Assembly (NCBI GenBank): GCA_000320545.1
Contig: ADNK01002830.1
Location: 32,292-96,291 of the forward strand
Direction of reading: 5' to 3'
DNA: 64,000 nt
From: Bigelowiella natans CCMP2755
Lineage: Eukaryota; Protista; Cercozoa
Below, one piece after another: positions 40,370 to 55,975 of this stretch. Within the stretch, counting starts at the first letter, position 1; the number at the start of each line of letters is the position of its first letter. The position numbers and the translations under genes are program-made. The notes under the pieces are model-generated. The model did no database searches. It saw only the letters and a list, made by a program, of their open reading frames with translations, and was not told where the DNA came from.

Positions 40370-40964
40370 CATTGGGAAGCATTAGGAAGGAAAGTCTTGC
40401 GAAATCTAGCGTTGATGAGGCCGTAACAACAACAACAACAACAACAACAACGACAACAATAATAATCTTCGTCCCCCACCTGACAATGGCTGCCACACCC
40501 TTGAAGCTCTTCGCTAGCAGCTCCTTTAATGGGTGAACAACGCAAGGAAACCAATTTAAGAATCATTGCATGGTCCGATGTCGCATTGGTTAGATCGTCG
40601 TGGATCCCACCTCGTTGCCGCTTCGCATGTGCTTGAACATGAAGCCAGACAGCAGCTGTAGTAGCATGCGGCGAAACAAATCAAAATAATTTCGAAAGTA
40701 CTGAGTGTGTTTAAATAGAGGAAGATTCGGGCTATTCATCATATCCTCTCACCGTGACGTGCTTCCCTATAGCAGGCAGAGCGGGCATGTTCCTAAACAC
40801 ACACACACACACACACACACAATCACACACTTATACACACGCGCGATTATATTCATTATCGTAAATCGGCCAACGTCTTTCCACCTGAAAAGACTGGTGA
40901 GCGCCTCCACCACCTGTGCTTGCAAGTGGGTTCCTGACGTTGGGAGAAGATATAGTTGTGTCTT

Positions 40965-40997
<33 letters not shown>

Positions 40998-42856
40998 TGC
41001 GTGTAGTCTTCCCAAACGTGCATATATACTGCAGTACATGTAGTAGAAGTAGTTGTAGTAGCAGGTAGCAGATTCGACTAAGAATAAATCAATTACCTCT
41101 CGCCCCGCCTTCCTCGGGCGATTTACAAAGAACTGCCAGCTTGGCGACGATTCCGTCCATGATATCCGGTAACCTCTTGACTCCCATCTTACTCATCGCT
41201 GATGAGGAGAAAAGGACAAAAAGGGCGAAGAAGAAAAAGAAGATTTACTTCATATATCTCGTTGTACGTCATCGGTTAATAAATACTACATCTGAAGAAC
41301 TGGTAACATTGCTGTTATCACCACGACAAACACTACTACTATCACAATTACTACTACTACAATTACTACTACTACTACTACTACTACTACTATACTATCT
41401 ACTTTTTACCATGCAGTAGAAGACCCATAGCAAACTCTGCTCCGACCTGCGCGAGAGAAAGAACGTACGTGATACAGAAGCCCAGCATGTACATGTAAAT
41501 ATCTAAATTCATGCTTGAGGACGCTCGCTGGCACACACGATCATGGAACGATGTTTCATGCCACCGACGACCTTTCTATGCATACACAAAACAAGTTTAG
41601 ACCTCGCTTCCACTAACTCTCGCCGCTCTTGGAGCTCTTCCCAACTTTGATTTCACAGTCATTTTCACTTCCAACGCGTCCGCTTTTGACCGCTTCACTT
41701 CCCCGCGCATTCGTTTTTCCTGAAACCTCTTCTCTCGCGCTGCACGTTCCTTCGCCTCCAGCTCTCTCTCTGTCGCTGCTCTGATCAGGTCGTTTTTATC
41801 GTCATCATCACCGACATCTTTGCTCTTTTCGTTGTTGGCGTTGTTTTTATTGTTGTTGTTGTTGTTGTTGTGGGAGGACGAGTCTCGCAGGTTGAGGAAG
41901 GGAGACACTATCTCTAGCATGCCTGAGAAGAGAAGTTGTTGGAAAAGAAGAGGAAAGCGGTCAAACATAGTGCGACTGGGGTTGTAATAATAATGGGATT
42001 ATTGTGTAATTCTGTTTCTTGCAGAATGCCTGCACACACATGCTGGATGAGAATGAGGAATGATAGCAGCAATAGCGTAAACAGCGTGGTATCAATCATC
42101 ACATGTTTCCTGCTCTCCTCTCATTTTCACTATGCAGTACTACCTTGTGGCGTGATTTGGGGGTTTGAAATGAGGCCCTGCCCAACATGGTAGAACGCCT
42201 TGGCGATTGTCTGTTGTTGATTGTTAGAGAAGGGGGGGGGGGGAGAGGGGGGGAGAAAAATCAGCGGCCTGATGCCATTGCGAGCACATGCACGCCTAAA
42301 CACGGCCATACTATGCTGCTACCTTCAGATGCTCCAGGCGCGTAGCCCCGTACGCCTTTGCCATTAGCTGATCGAAGATGTAGTAAATGCCTCCACTTCT
42401 CTTTGCAGCCGTCGATCTCTTCTTCTTGCCCTCCTCCTCATCTTCATAATCATTATCGTTGTTGCGGCGGCGCAGATTCTTCTGTTTCCCGTGCTGCCGC
42501 TTCCCTCCCCATCCTTGGGTCGCCTCAACAATGCTGTTATAAGAGTAGGAGTAGGAGGAATCTCCACCACCGCCTCCTCTACATGACGATGTCTTGAGAT
42601 CAGTCAGGCGAGCCAACATCTGAAAGCTGCAGGTTGGGTAGTAATTAACTTAGATATTTATATGCAAACAAAGCATCATCAGGGAAGGGCTTGTGGACAT
42701 AGTAGCACGTAAATTTAGTAGTTTAACACGTGTGCAGTACGTGTGCAGGGATTTCGTCCCTCGACCCTCACGAAGAGCAGACACAATAGTTTCGCCCTGG
42801 GGGGGGGGGGGGGGTGAGGAGCAGATGGGAAGACGAAGAGATGAATGTCATGGAGG

Positions 42857-42901
<45 letters not shown>

Positions 42902-44293
42902 GCGAGTGTTGCTATCCATATTTGAGGTAGCTATGGCCGAAGTATTACCGTGCGATGCTGCGCAGGCTCTCCAATGAGATCTCTCACGAGCATCGGTACA
43001 ACAACTTCCAGGCTTTGATTCACCGCGTCGTTGTTGTCATTATCATTGCCCTTTTTCTCATCTCCGTTTTTCTTTCTCTCCTCCTCCTCCTCCTCCTCCT
43101 CCTCCTCCTCCTCCTCCATTTTCGTGATCTTCTCTTTGCCAAAGTCAGTCGTCTGGTTGGCGGAGGAGAAACGCCTTTCGTGCAGCGCTCGTACCACCAC
43201 ATGCAACCCGTATTGCAACACCTGCCGACGGTGTTATAGTTGTTGTTATTGTTGTTGTTGCTGCTACCATTATGATGACGATGATATGTCTAGAGCCGCC
43301 ACAATCATAAATCCATAAATGCAACCTCTCTCACAAACAAAACGCATGACCGTTTCAAGCACGCATAGGCTGCTGCTGCTGCTTCTGATGATGATGATGA
43401 TAATGATGATGATGATGATGATGGTATGATACACTGTTCTCCTGCTAACTAACTAACACAGTGATAATGGCTTACAACAATACCTGTAGCTGGTAGCCTC
43501 TGCGCAGAGTCCTCTTCATCTCCTGTTGAGGAGGGAGGAGGCGGTATTAGTAGCAGTACAAGAATGGGAGGGGGAGAACACACCAATGGCTGAATGGGGG
43601 GGGGGGAGGGGGGGGACAACCTCTGCAGCGTATTTGAAATACTTAGGCCCCACCAGAGTATAGATGTCGCGCAGACCATTATATGTCGCCTCACGCGTGT
43701 CTTTAGAGAAGAGAAGGGGGGGGAAGGAGGAGGAGGATGAGGAGGAAATGGAACGACAAGCAAAGAGATACAACCGCATACCTATCAGACACGCAGTGGT
43801 GCACACAGCAATAACAACAACTACAACAACTTCTTCCTCAAAACTACTGCTATATGCCCTACTTTGCCTCCGGGCTCTGAGCTGCTCGATGAGCTTCAAG
43901 ATCAGTTTTGGAAGGTGCTGCTTTCGCACCCTCTGTGGAGATTTAAGGAATAGACGTACCAGCGCCTAGTTGATGATATTTAGCAGCAACATTGTAGGGA
44001 CGAAATTGAGGTGACACGAATAATTCTTGGAAGTTTCAACCAATGAAAATAAACAGTCCTCCCCCCCCTCCTTCCCTGCTTTCTTCTCTCCTCATGTTAA
44101 TGATGCCAATGGGCAAGTGATCTGACCATGGCGACTGGTATCCTTATAACATCGGTCTCCTTCCCAGCTTTGCCTTGATAATTCATGTGCCGAGTTAATC
44201 ACATAGCATTAGAATATGATGTTAGTTAGCATACACAAACCAGCACGCGTTGCGGTCAGCTCACGTGCATACCTGCTAATCATATTTACGCGT

Positions 44294-44335
<42 letters not shown>

Positions 44336-47300
44336 ACGCATACACACGCATACACACATGCGCGCCCCGCCCCCAACAACAACTACCACTACTGCTACTA
44401 TTACAGCTAAGTCTACCTGACGGTTCCTTGCCGACGAGCATTTTCGTCATGAGCTGCGGTATTAGCCACGTGTTTACGTATCTCTCCACCTCACTATAGA
44501 TCACAACGACAGGAGGAGGGGGATCTGCATCTGCTGCCTGCTGCAGATTATTCCCTCCTTCCTTCTGCTCATCCTCTTGGGCCTCCTCCTCCTCCTCCTC
44601 CTTCTCCTCCTCCTCCTCCTTCTGCTCCGTGTCCTATACGTAAGTAGGGTGTGGGTCGTGCGTGGCGTGCAGGAAGGAGAGAGGGGGCGGGAGGGGGGGG
44701 GAGAGGGAGAGGAACTCTATGATAGAGTGTAGTAGAAAGAGCTCATTAATCAAATTTTCATGCGAGAAGGCCTCGACGAAGAGGAATAATCGCACGAATC
44801 GGATATTACAATCAGCTCTCCCACCCCACATATTGTTACTACGACGACGACGACGACGACGACTACTACTACTACTACTATCAGTACCATAGCGCTTGCA
44901 CTGTCTCCTTGGCGAAGATCATCCTTTCCATCACTTGCTACTGTCGCCAAGCCAAAGAATGGAAAGTGATCGAGGACATGAATCACGCACCTGTTTTTAC
45001 GTCAGAAATCAGCAATCAGCAATCAGCAGCCATGCCATCTCTGCAACACCCCCCCCCGGTTTCACCCTCCTCCTCGTACTACATAAGGGAATGCAGCACC
45101 CTCGTATTTAATTAAGGGCAAGATCTCTACTGCCATACGCATGATGCTGCTTACTACCGCATGATCGTTTTGAAGAGCTCCTGGCGCCTAAAGGAAGTGG
45201 TAGTGAGGATAGAGTCGTGGTGAATGTAATGCTGCTGCTGGAAGGAAAGAAAGAAAGAAAATGACGACAGCATGGATCATCATAAGTAAGGAAACAAGGC
45301 CAGAGAAAAGGTTGCGGCAGCCCGTATTAGCAGACAATCGTTACTAATAGAACTACTATTGCTGCTGCTACTACTACTACTACTACCGATTTGCAAGATC
45401 TAGAAGCATCTTAACGTGGCGTCGATAGAGATTCCATGGCAACTTGGCCGAAGCAACCGCCTGGATCATGCATTGGAGAGTAAATATAAGAGTGAAATCA
45501 GGTCCCATTTCAGCATGTCGGCCAAAATTAGTAAGCATTTCATGAATGAGACGCCGGAAGAAGCACCTGCGTTTTGACGGCCTCTTCGACCAGCGCGTGA
45601 AATCCTTATGCAGCAGGAGGAAGGGAGCAGAGCAGCGCAGATATGGAAGAGAAAAATTAAAATTGTTAGCTAATACGCAAACTTCAGTAATTTCGTCTCT
45701 TTTCCAATGTACACACCTTTCCTCTGGCCGTGCTTCTTTGCATCCTGTATGGCTCGAAGACACGTTGGGAGAACCTATGAAGAGATTATGAGAGAGACTG
45801 AGGAGGAGGGGGAGGATGAAGGCAAAATTGAGGAGTGCTGCTCGTCGTGTTGCTGTCGGCTGCGAGAACAATCGTACTACCACATCGACGATTGCACGAA
45901 GAGATAAGGCCTCTCGGCCCAACTTTGCGGACGATGATGATACCCCGACTACGCGCGAGAGCGCCCTTTTAAAAAAATGCAAAAACAAAAACAAATCGAG
46001 TCTTACATAACATGCATCCATCTTCATCTTCAATTGCAGCACTAGGAGCACTGCCACGATGCTGGTAGCTAATAGCACATATTACAATTAAATAACTAGT
46101 GCGTAGTTGAACGTACCTCGCACGTCGATGGATCTGAATGTGGGTAATTTGATCCACAAAGTCGAGGTCCGGGTTCTCCTCGTTTATCAGCATGCCGTAG
46201 CTACACATATGCGAAAATAATCAACGTTAATAATTATAACGATAATAATAATAATAATAATAAGATAATAATAGTAATACGCAAGACCACATACGGGTAT
46301 TCACACGCGCAAGGCTACATATGCATAAAATATCGACTTGAAGAAATCTCAAAGAACACAACGCAATGCAAAGATATCTCGGTGCAACTTCGACAACATT
46401 CCAGACATTAGACAACGTCGTGTTCAATTCTATTCGCCGAACTACTCACTCGCGCGCGATGATGCCACTGCTGCTCCCGCCGTCGCTTGTCCGGTAGGAA
46501 GTGCGAATGAGAATACCCAAAACACGCATGTATGCTGCACGTGCGCCCTCTTCTGGGTGCTTCACCTATATAGCAGTGTATGAGAGAAATCACATCTATT
46601 CGCTATTTATTATGTGCCAAAATCTGTGTTATCTTCCTCTTCTTCCTCTTCTCCTCCTCCTCCCTCTCCTCTAACTATGCCTACTCTCCCTCTCCTACTC
46701 ACCCCTCTTCTGATGCCGGCAAGTAACGTCGTAGCAATCACTCTTGGCGTGCACGAGTCCTTAACAGCCGTCGGAACTTGCAGCATCATTCCTTTGCTGC
46801 TGCTGCTGCTGCTTCTTCTTCCCCCAACTAACTTCGCGTCATCGTCCCTCTCCTGGCACAGCACTCTGAGGGTCTCGCTCACACCAGATGTTGCGCATGC
46901 ACGCATACTACGGTCACTATGCTGGAGATCAAAGAGAATTGAGAAGAACAAGAATCTCACTGCGTGTTCGAGTCTCTCCCCCGCCGATTCTCCTCCTCCT
47001 CCTCCTCCACCCTTTCCTTCTTCTTTACTTGCGGCAGAGGAGAGGGTTTTGACTGTAGTGCTAAGAGCTGTCTTAAGAGCGCGATATCCTTCGACCGCCT
47101 CATCGAGATCCCGGTCACCCTGCTCATATCTCACCGAGTCCTTGCTCACGATCGAGTTCATTTGTCGCAGCACAGAGCCAATCTGCTGCAGCCATTCATA
47201 TTCTCCACCTGGACGCTCACCAATTTTCTCTACCATCTCTGCTATAAGTTTCCGGCCTTCCCCTGACTGTAAGCTTCTGAGCGCACTAACAACGGTCTGG

Positions 47301-50300
47301 GCCTCTCGAAGAGGCGATGTGGCGGTTTTCATCGCCGTCTTGATCACCCTAAGAGCTTGCAGCGCCGTCTGTGCTGGCTTTGAGTGATAAGGGCCGCTTC
47401 TCGTAAGAGGTGCGACGGCCTTGTTCAGCAGGGGAAGCATGAGCGCGAGGACGCGGTCGGAAACTGTAGCAGACGCGCCGTACTTTTGAGCCAGGTTTAA
47501 CACGACTCCCAGCCCTTTGCTGCGGAGTGCATGGGTCACATGGCCACCAATCGTCGTCGTCATTGCCACATTTGCATTCTTAGGGTGGTGTCGTTGCAGA
47601 GCGTTGCTCCACAAGAGATGCAAGACCCCAGTAAGCTGCTCCAAGATCGTTGAAACGCGCACGCTGAAATAGCTATCAAGCGTCTCCCGCGTGGTGCTGA
47701 TTGCCTTTTCGTTTAAGAGACCGCCATCGCCATCGTCGTTCATGAAAGAGAACCGGTATATTGAGGTCGCAAGCCGTGTGATACGTTGCCCATACATACT
47801 GCCCCCAACTGCCTGAAAACCGCTCCCTCCTGCTACAGCATGCTTCTTTATCAACTTTAACAGCGCCTTGTGAGAGGTGAGAAGTTGGTGGAGGATGTCA
47901 AGCACGATTTCCACGACGTAGATATGCACGGATGGTGGAGATGACGAGGGCGATTGGTTGCTATCACTGCTGCTATTCTTGCAGAGGATTTTGCAAAGGG
48001 CCACTATGATGTCTGCTTGGGCAACTGTCGGGGGGCGGAGAAGGCCGTCTGTGAGCAATCTTTTGCTTTCCAGCCCCTTCTCTCCTCCTCCACTGTCACC
48101 ATCTCGACTACTATAATCGCATGGTTCTCCACGAAGTGCATGCCGATATGCGATGCCGGTGCTAGGCGAGGCTGCGAAGGCGCGCTTCCATATCGGATGG
48201 AGCGACAGAACGTGCAGGCACGTGAGCAGGGAGGGGCAGCCTTTGTAGCACGAGAAGTGGAGGTTGAGGATTCTCTGTTTTGCAGCTTCCAGGAAACACT
48301 CGATTATGCAGTCAACGCCACGTTCCTGGCATAACTCTGGGTATAACCCGAGAATCTCAGTAATTCGCTTGCATGCCAGGCTTCGAATGCGCTTTTCCCA
48401 CGGGTTGACGCCTCGCTCTAGCGCATTCTTCAGGTCCTTTTCAAAAGATGCCTTCTCGTCCACTCCCAATGCATCGTCATCACTATCTTCAACGTCATCT
48501 TTGTCTTCACTCTTCGCGCTACCCCCTTCTATCTCCATATGTCCCCCCCCGTCCTCCCCTTCCTCATCTCCTTGCGGCTTTTGGCTGGTCGCTTCACGGT
48601 ACAGCGTCACAGCAGCCATCAAGAAGTCGTACGCGTGCGACTGTACAGCTAAACGCATTTGATTGATGAGAGTGCCCATCATCGTAAGGAAGCCAGCTTT
48701 CATTGCATCGGTCACGCCTCGTAGCTTGCTTGATGAATACACGACTCGGCGCACAGCTTTGACATCATCGTTGTCGTCCTCAGCACTCGCCTTCTTTTCC
48801 TCTGACATTGCCAATCTCGGAAGATATGGCGAGAAGGGCCCCGCGACAAGCTTGACCAAGAATACGATCTCGGAAGGCCTGATAGCGGAAAAGTAGGCGA
48901 AGAGCATGGTCCTGCGAGCTTTGAGCGACGACTTGTCGCCTTGGATCTTGCGCCGCAACAGCTTCGGGAACAACACCCGCAACACCATGCAGACGCAGGC
49001 CTGTCTATGTTTGTCCTCAATGACGCCAAGGCTCGGATCTAACGAGAATTCACGTAGTCCCTCTCTCATAGTTTTGTCGTCGATCATCTTCAGAATCTTG
49101 TTCTTGTATGGCATCACGCCCGGCGGTCGGAATGTGCATAAGCATTCAAACGCCAGACTCTGGATCTTCGGATTTCGTTTGGACACCATCACCAAGAACA
49201 CATCGTAGAGATCTTGCTGCCTAGCTCCGAGCAACTTCGAATGGATGTTGTTGGGTGCTTTCTTCTTGTTCTTCTTCTTCTTCATTGAGAGGGCGTTCTT
49301 GAGAATGGCGAGCACCAGCTCTACTTTCACTAATGCGGCCTTCCTGCCTCCAGGTCGGACCAGGCTTTCGCGTACAGCCTTACACTGTTTACCTTGCGTA
49401 AATCCAGCCACCACCGGCTCCTCCGGGAACGCGGGGTCGTGCTGGTGTTCAAGGTAGGAAAAGAACATCTCGACGATCTCAGAGAGTCTCTCCGGGTTCT
49501 CCACGAGTAAAACTTGGACTACGCTCCCGTTGGAAAGCATCTCGTAGACAAGCTTCTCTGTTGTGTCATGGTCCGTCCACTCACGCATGGAGCTGGAGAT
49601 ATCCTCTGATTTCGCACGAAGATGCGCGCTTCCTTTCACGTCCATTGCAGCATAAACGCGCCTCCACCCTTCCAAGTAGCGCTCTCTCAGTCGAGAGAAC
49701 CCCGGCATCATCACCCGATGGTTTTCAATCGCAAGGAGATCTGCTTCCTCCTGCCCCTCCTCCTCATCATCATCAGCATCCTCATCATCTCCACGTTCTT
49801 TCTTCTCTCGGCCGACCGATCTTCTTTCTTTTCCCGACAAGAAGACTGAGAGCTCAGTCTTTTTGCCGGCGCTCGATGCTTCCTTGTTGGTCTTGGCCTT
49901 CTTCATGGAAACACCATCGCCAGCCGTAGTGACGGTGGCAATGGCGACCCGAGTGAGGAGGCCAAGCTCCTTGAGATGAGGCAGCATCACTGACCAGAAC
50001 GCTGCAGGACGGCCCTTGGCGCATTCGACGAGACCGCTCTGGGCGCGAGGCCAGATCAACGAGAATTTGACCCTCAACACTCCCAAAAAGAACGCAGCTG
50101 CAATTCGGACGTACCCCTCTCCCAGACGCTTCTGGGAGAGGAGAAATGTGAGCTTCGTCAGCTTTAGGTTGATAGATTTCTCGTCTTCAAAGCCGGGTGA
50201 AAGATTAGAGGGGAGTGCAGTGGTAATGAGATAAACCGCCGACCGATGAGCCTCATCGAAAACAGGCAGCTGGCCGACAATTCCAAGCCCAATCTTCCGG

Positions 50301-51708
50301 AGCTGCCCATCTGGATTTGCTAGCCAAATCTCCAAAAGTCGTTGAAGTCTCTTCTCCTCCTTCAAATAGTCCTGCTTCTTTGCTCTTCCTCCCCCTAGTC
50401 TCTGCATGAGCGTGAGGCAGTCTTTCAGGGCAGAGGCCCATCCTGGATGATTCGGATGCTGCTCGCACATGTGTGCGACACTTTTGAGCTTCAATCGCGA
50501 CAACAGCGTCGAAGACTCGTCGCCATTCCCAATCTGCTGTTTGGATGTTGGTTGCGTGAGTAGCGTAGACACCGTCTGCACGTCATCTTTGGCGAACCCA
50601 CTTCGCTCAACGTATCTAAAGAGCATTTTGAAGCAAGTTCTAACCGCAATGGAGCCAAGAAAGAGAAGTCTGTTGCTGCTGTTGTTGTTACTGCTGCTGC
50701 TGCTGCTGCTACTCTTCCCTTCTTTGCTTTCCTTTGCTATCGTAGTTGGAGTATATGCTGGAACAGCCCGACAAAGAACTTGCAGAGTCTCCCTCAGGAT
50801 GCGCTTACTTCCGTTCTCTTTACTCTTGTGATCTCGGTCATGGTCGCTGCTGTTAGCCGCGGCAGCGGCATTGTGCGACGGAACCAGCACGATGGGCGCA
50901 GCTTGGCATGCCAGGAAGAAAGAGGATTTCGATGATGATGATGATGCTGATGACGATGATGCGTGCAGATGGCTGCGAACAACCTCCCGGAGTTCCTCAG
51001 AGACGTCAAGCAGCTCAGGCCATAGCTCCCCACCGCTATCTGTAACACTGTCTAATACTGTGCCAGCAGCTGCCGTCGAGGGATAATCGTCATTCTTTCC
51101 CGGAAGCAGCCCCTTGCAGACCACGGCGATCGTGAGCATCAGATCTGCCTCTAGGGTTTCGTTTCTGCCATTCCCCCCCCCTCCTCTTCCTCCTCTTGTT
51201 CTGCTATTCGTCGCCACTTTCTTGGACGGGTTTCTACTACAGCTGCTTTTCGCAGTGTCATCAACAAACTTGACTGCTAGTCTGCGAAGATGTGCCATCC
51301 CACTGCTCGCTAGGATCGATTCTCGACGTTGTGCATCACCCCCGACATCTAGACAGGTGAGCGCCGCACGAATGAACTTCAGCTGGGAACTAAGAAGGGG
51401 GGGGGGTGAGGGTTGAGGAAAATGTTGATGAGATGGCCATATTGGAAACCGTAGGAGCACAATGCACTACCTGATATAGGCGTTTCTGTGATTTGATTCC
51501 ATTTCTAAAACCACATCCTCTCCCCCTCTTCCTCCCCCGCCGCCGCCACCGCTTTTCAACGGCGGTATTCGATTGAGTATATCTCGGAGTATGCTATGAA
51601 TGCGATTTCCCTAATAATATATGAGAGGCAGCACAACAAAGAGTGTGACATGGGGGAAGGAGGGGAGAGCAGGATAGGTCATCGTTGTTGCAAAGTATAA
51701 GAGAAAGA

Positions 51709-51748
<40 letters not shown>

Positions 51749-52130
51749 TGCGTACCATATCGTCATTCGCCATTCTAGAACTGAACCGCGACAGACGTGA
51801 TCCGAATATGAACAGCTTGCAGATCGTCCACACGACTCGGAGACAGGCGTGGTGGTAACTCTCTTCCGGGTAGTGGTAGTAGTAGTAGTTGTTGATGTTT
51901 TTGTTGTTGTTGTTGTTGTTGTTGCAGTAGCTGGTGGCGGTGGTGTTAGTGGTGTTGTGCGCCTTCAGCAGCCTATTTGGCACTGCGAGTGTGGAGACCA
52001 TATCGATCAGCGTATCAGGGGAGGACACGCGCGATCCGTTGCGATGGGAGGCCTGGAATGCATGGATATGTATACTAGCTGTCCTTTTGTACATGATGAT
52101 TCATAAGAGTGTGAGCATGCGTGCGTGCGT

Positions 52131-52172
<42 letters not shown>

Positions 52173-54086
52173 TCCATATGTAGCTGCAATACGGCACTAC
52201 AATTTTCAATAAATACGTACCCAGAGATCAATTAAAAGGAGCAAACGCCCTGTTTCAATCTGTAGAAATCGGTAGCGGTACTCGAGTTTCTTCCTCTTCT
52301 TCGCAGCACCTGGCTGTGCCTGCTGTTTTTTGGAGAATTTCTTTGAAGATCGTCTTCTCGTTTTCACTCCAACTTCCTCATCTCCTTTCTGTTTCTCCTC
52401 CTCATCTTCCGGCGCCGAAGAAAGCAAGCGATTCAGGCATTCACCAACTTTCTCTGTCATTTTCCGTGCACGCTTGGATAGGATGCCTGTTGAGGATGTG
52501 GAGGTGTAACGCTGTTTCTTCCTGTGCGAAATAAGTCGTCGTTGTGCATGTGTGTATGCGCGTGTGCGTGCGTGCGCGCGTCGGTTACTCGATTGCATGT
52601 GGACATGGTGTATGCTTTGGGCGAGAATAAAAACAGCAATTGTTTCTACAATACTGATCGGAAGAAGAACTACCGAGAACCATATTGCACTGCTTTTGGT
52701 AAAGCTCGTCATTAGACGTCACGTCTGAATAGAGGCAGGCAGGAACCAGGAAGTAAGAATGCGAACATATCGAGATACCTCAGTGTAGCACTCACATATC
52801 CCCTGCTCTCTCTATTCCTCCCTTAGATACTTACCCGCATTATAAGCCGTTGGAGGTCGCACCTGCGCAGAGGACAATCAGAAAAGATGAAGGATGACAA
52901 TCATGATCGAGGGTATTTTGATGGTGAGAGGTTGAAGAGAAAGAGAATGATGAAAGGGTGTTACATGATTGCATGTTCTCCTCAGCGCAGCTGCGATCAC
53001 AAGAAACCGGAATTCCAGCAATTCTTGCCGGGTTCCTTCAGCCATTGCCTCCTATACGTATCACTCCTCAATTCGGTGGATGTGCGAGCTCTTATTAAAG
53101 GCATTGATTATAATATATTTATATTGATTCATACTGCATAAATACACTGTGGCGTGTTCCAGAGTTTGCCCGCCACTTACCATTACCATCATTATCATCA
53201 TCACCATCCTCATCATCAAATAACATCGACGCAGCTAACCGGCACAGCAGAGAGACTGAGAGAGCGGACCATCAACGGAAGCCATGTCTTCGCCTGACCA
53301 TATTCACGACAATATCACCACACATATACATACACAAACACTGACACTGAGCTGTACGGTTTCCGTGTCTTTTTCCGCATATTCGCCATCATATCTTTAC
53401 ATTCATCGATTCGGCGTTCATGTCGGTAGGAGCGCAGGTTCGTCTCTATTCTCTCGTTCTCACCAGATTGTGCAGTGTGTGGTTGACGCCTTTAATAGTC
53501 TCGAATAAAACCATCCCTAAAGATCGGCGATAAAAGAGGAATTAGCAAGAAGAGCAGGCACACGTGTTTGTCAGCATTATGCTGCTCTTCGGATCTACCA
53601 ATGCCGTCTCGTAACTCTGCTTCCTTATTTCGCAGCTCCTGATGAAAGCGAAGGACGTTTCGAAAACTTGACTTCATACACAAAGGCAAAGATGCATATG
53701 TTTAACCGATTATTCACTACCGGTTGATTTATTACGGAGATGATGGTGTGCAGCACCAAGCGTATGTCCTTCGGACGCACTGAAAAGAAGAGGCAGGATC
53801 GAGTTGAGCAAAAGAGATGATGTGAGCTTAAGATCGAGAGCAGTCCTATCTAAATGCGTGTGTGCGTGCATGCGTGTGCTATTCACCTCCCCCACGTGCA
53901 CTCACAAACATGAAAGAATAGAGAGGGGAGGGGGGTCGACTACCTTTTCTGAGAAGAAAGCTGAGACTCTCTGCCGCAAACTTGCGCACATACGGCTTAG
54001 AATTCGTCAGCAAACGGAGAAACACTGTTCGGTACACCTGCGTCGATAACAGTGTTAGCACAATAGCAGCAACCCAACTTGAATGG

Positions 54087-54120
<34 letters not shown>

Positions 54121-54344
54121 TACGCTACGAGAGGAGAATCAGGAGCTCTTTCGCACTACCTCGGGAACATCGTCGACAAGTTGCTTCGTAAGGAATTTGA
54201 AAACATAGCTCAAGCTGACGAACACCGCCTATATGATGAGAGCAGCAGTAGCACCAAAAACAGAAATTCCAGCAATGGGTGGGACTGTCGTAGCAGAGAC
54301 AAATTTAACGATGCAGAAACAAAAACAGAAAAAAGGACAAATAC

Positions 54345-54380
<36 letters not shown>

Positions 54381-55325
54381 ACAAAAACACACAAACACAC
54401 ACACACACGTTAAATTATCTCAGTAAAGAGCCCCTCGATGGAATATCACCCCCCCCACCCTTCAGGATCTTTATCTTTGTATTAGAAAAGTTTACTTCCA
54501 GCTTTTCCGGTTGCGAAGGGTCCAGCAAGGCAGTCAAACCTTCCGTTATTCTGCGACGAGAGAAATGAATGCCACGTAAGAAATGAAAAGACAGGGAACG
54601 GAGCCGTCTCACTAGTACTACCACCATCAACAACCATCCCCCTACACAACTAGAACCACTTAAAATACACACTATTACTAGTCAATCTGCTGTTCTTCCC
54701 ATCCACCCTTTCAGAAACCCAACACCACTCTCTCCCCTCCTCATCTTTACGGACCGCTTAAAATAAGGATAAAGCTCCGAACGCATGTCTCTCGCCAGAA
54801 TCGAGAGCAACTCTGTGACTTCCTTGAAGCACGTTGAGCCTTTTTTCTTTAAATGCGTCAACAGCACGCCCACGATGTGATCGAGGTGGTACACTATCAT
54901 CGGGAGCGATTGTGCATATCGCGACAGTTCCTGGAGTACGTCTTGGAAGTCTTGTGTGCGGTTTAAGTCTTTCAATTCGTCCAGGCTGAGGATTAGAACA
55001 CCATCACCAGCAAAGCACCGCCGTCATATAACCCGAAATTCATTGGACACTGCTCCACTATGGAAGTTTAAGGTTTACCGGGTGAGAAAGTAGCTGCCCT
55101 TCTCTTCTCTGAGACTCTCGTTTCGGCATATTTTGTGGGCGATGTCAATGTTAATCTGACTGATACGCTCGAGAAAGTTCTGATTACACATCATGCATGC
55201 CTCGATGTCAGCACAGAGAGACCTGGTGTTTTTAACTGACAAACCTGGAAAACGAATCTGTTCTGTTTTGCGGTAGCATGTTTCAGCTTTGCTGTTGTGC
55301 TCCGATGTTTGTTCAACGGTTTCAT
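35176..55325 (-). CDS. UTP20: U3 snoRNP/SSU processome component UTP20 (DRIM), about 20-kb multi-exon gene
   Basis: N-terminus NRFVFQ|NFLERISQINIDI, AQSLPMIVYH, LARDMRSELYPYF, RKFAAESLSFLLRK. Central DRIM-like region KFSLIW, IQSLAFECL, MPYKNKILKMIDDKTMREGL. C-terminal LPKLILKLIEQLRAR, ILPPLY, ELKSLAQQ, RDERSRKRK...ARQKRLKSQRK. Confidence 0.92.
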
Positions 55326-55975
55326 TCCTTCATTCTTGTATGTTCCTTTGGATAGGGAAGAAAGACGACGGGGGGGATGTTGCAAGAAATTACAGAGCCG
55401 AAAGAAAACAAGTGGTAGTGGATCGGTCCCTTCTAGATTTAGAGATGTACCTCCGCGCCTCCCCATTGTGACGATTCCAGGCGCCTTTGTTACCACTCTA
55501 TCTCCACTTTATGATAATCAAAAGAGCCTTAACCTCAGACCAGAGGGTGGGGGTGAACCACTGGAGTCTACTGAGCGACGTTCAAGCGAAATTCGCACGC
55601 GAGTAAAACATTTAGAAAAATTAATAAGCAGAATATATTTATATTAAGTTATTATAAAACCTTGGCAATTGCGTGCTAAACGAAAAATGAATGTAAGAAT
55701 CAACCAGTCTTCTGAATATTACCACTAATTATCATCATATAATGCATTAAAAATATGCCCAAAATGGCAACTCGGTTTGGATGCAATCTCAAAAGCGTCG
55801 ACGGAAGACCGTTGCATTGTCGCACAGCTTCCGAACGACGAGGATTGCTTGTAAGCGCACGGCGAATTTGTCGGAGTTATTAAAGACGATCATTCTGGAT
55901 TCCGGATCTTGCGATCCTGGATTCCGAAGTCATGTCTCGATAATGCGAGTCTCCGGGTATTCGCCGCAGCCGGGA

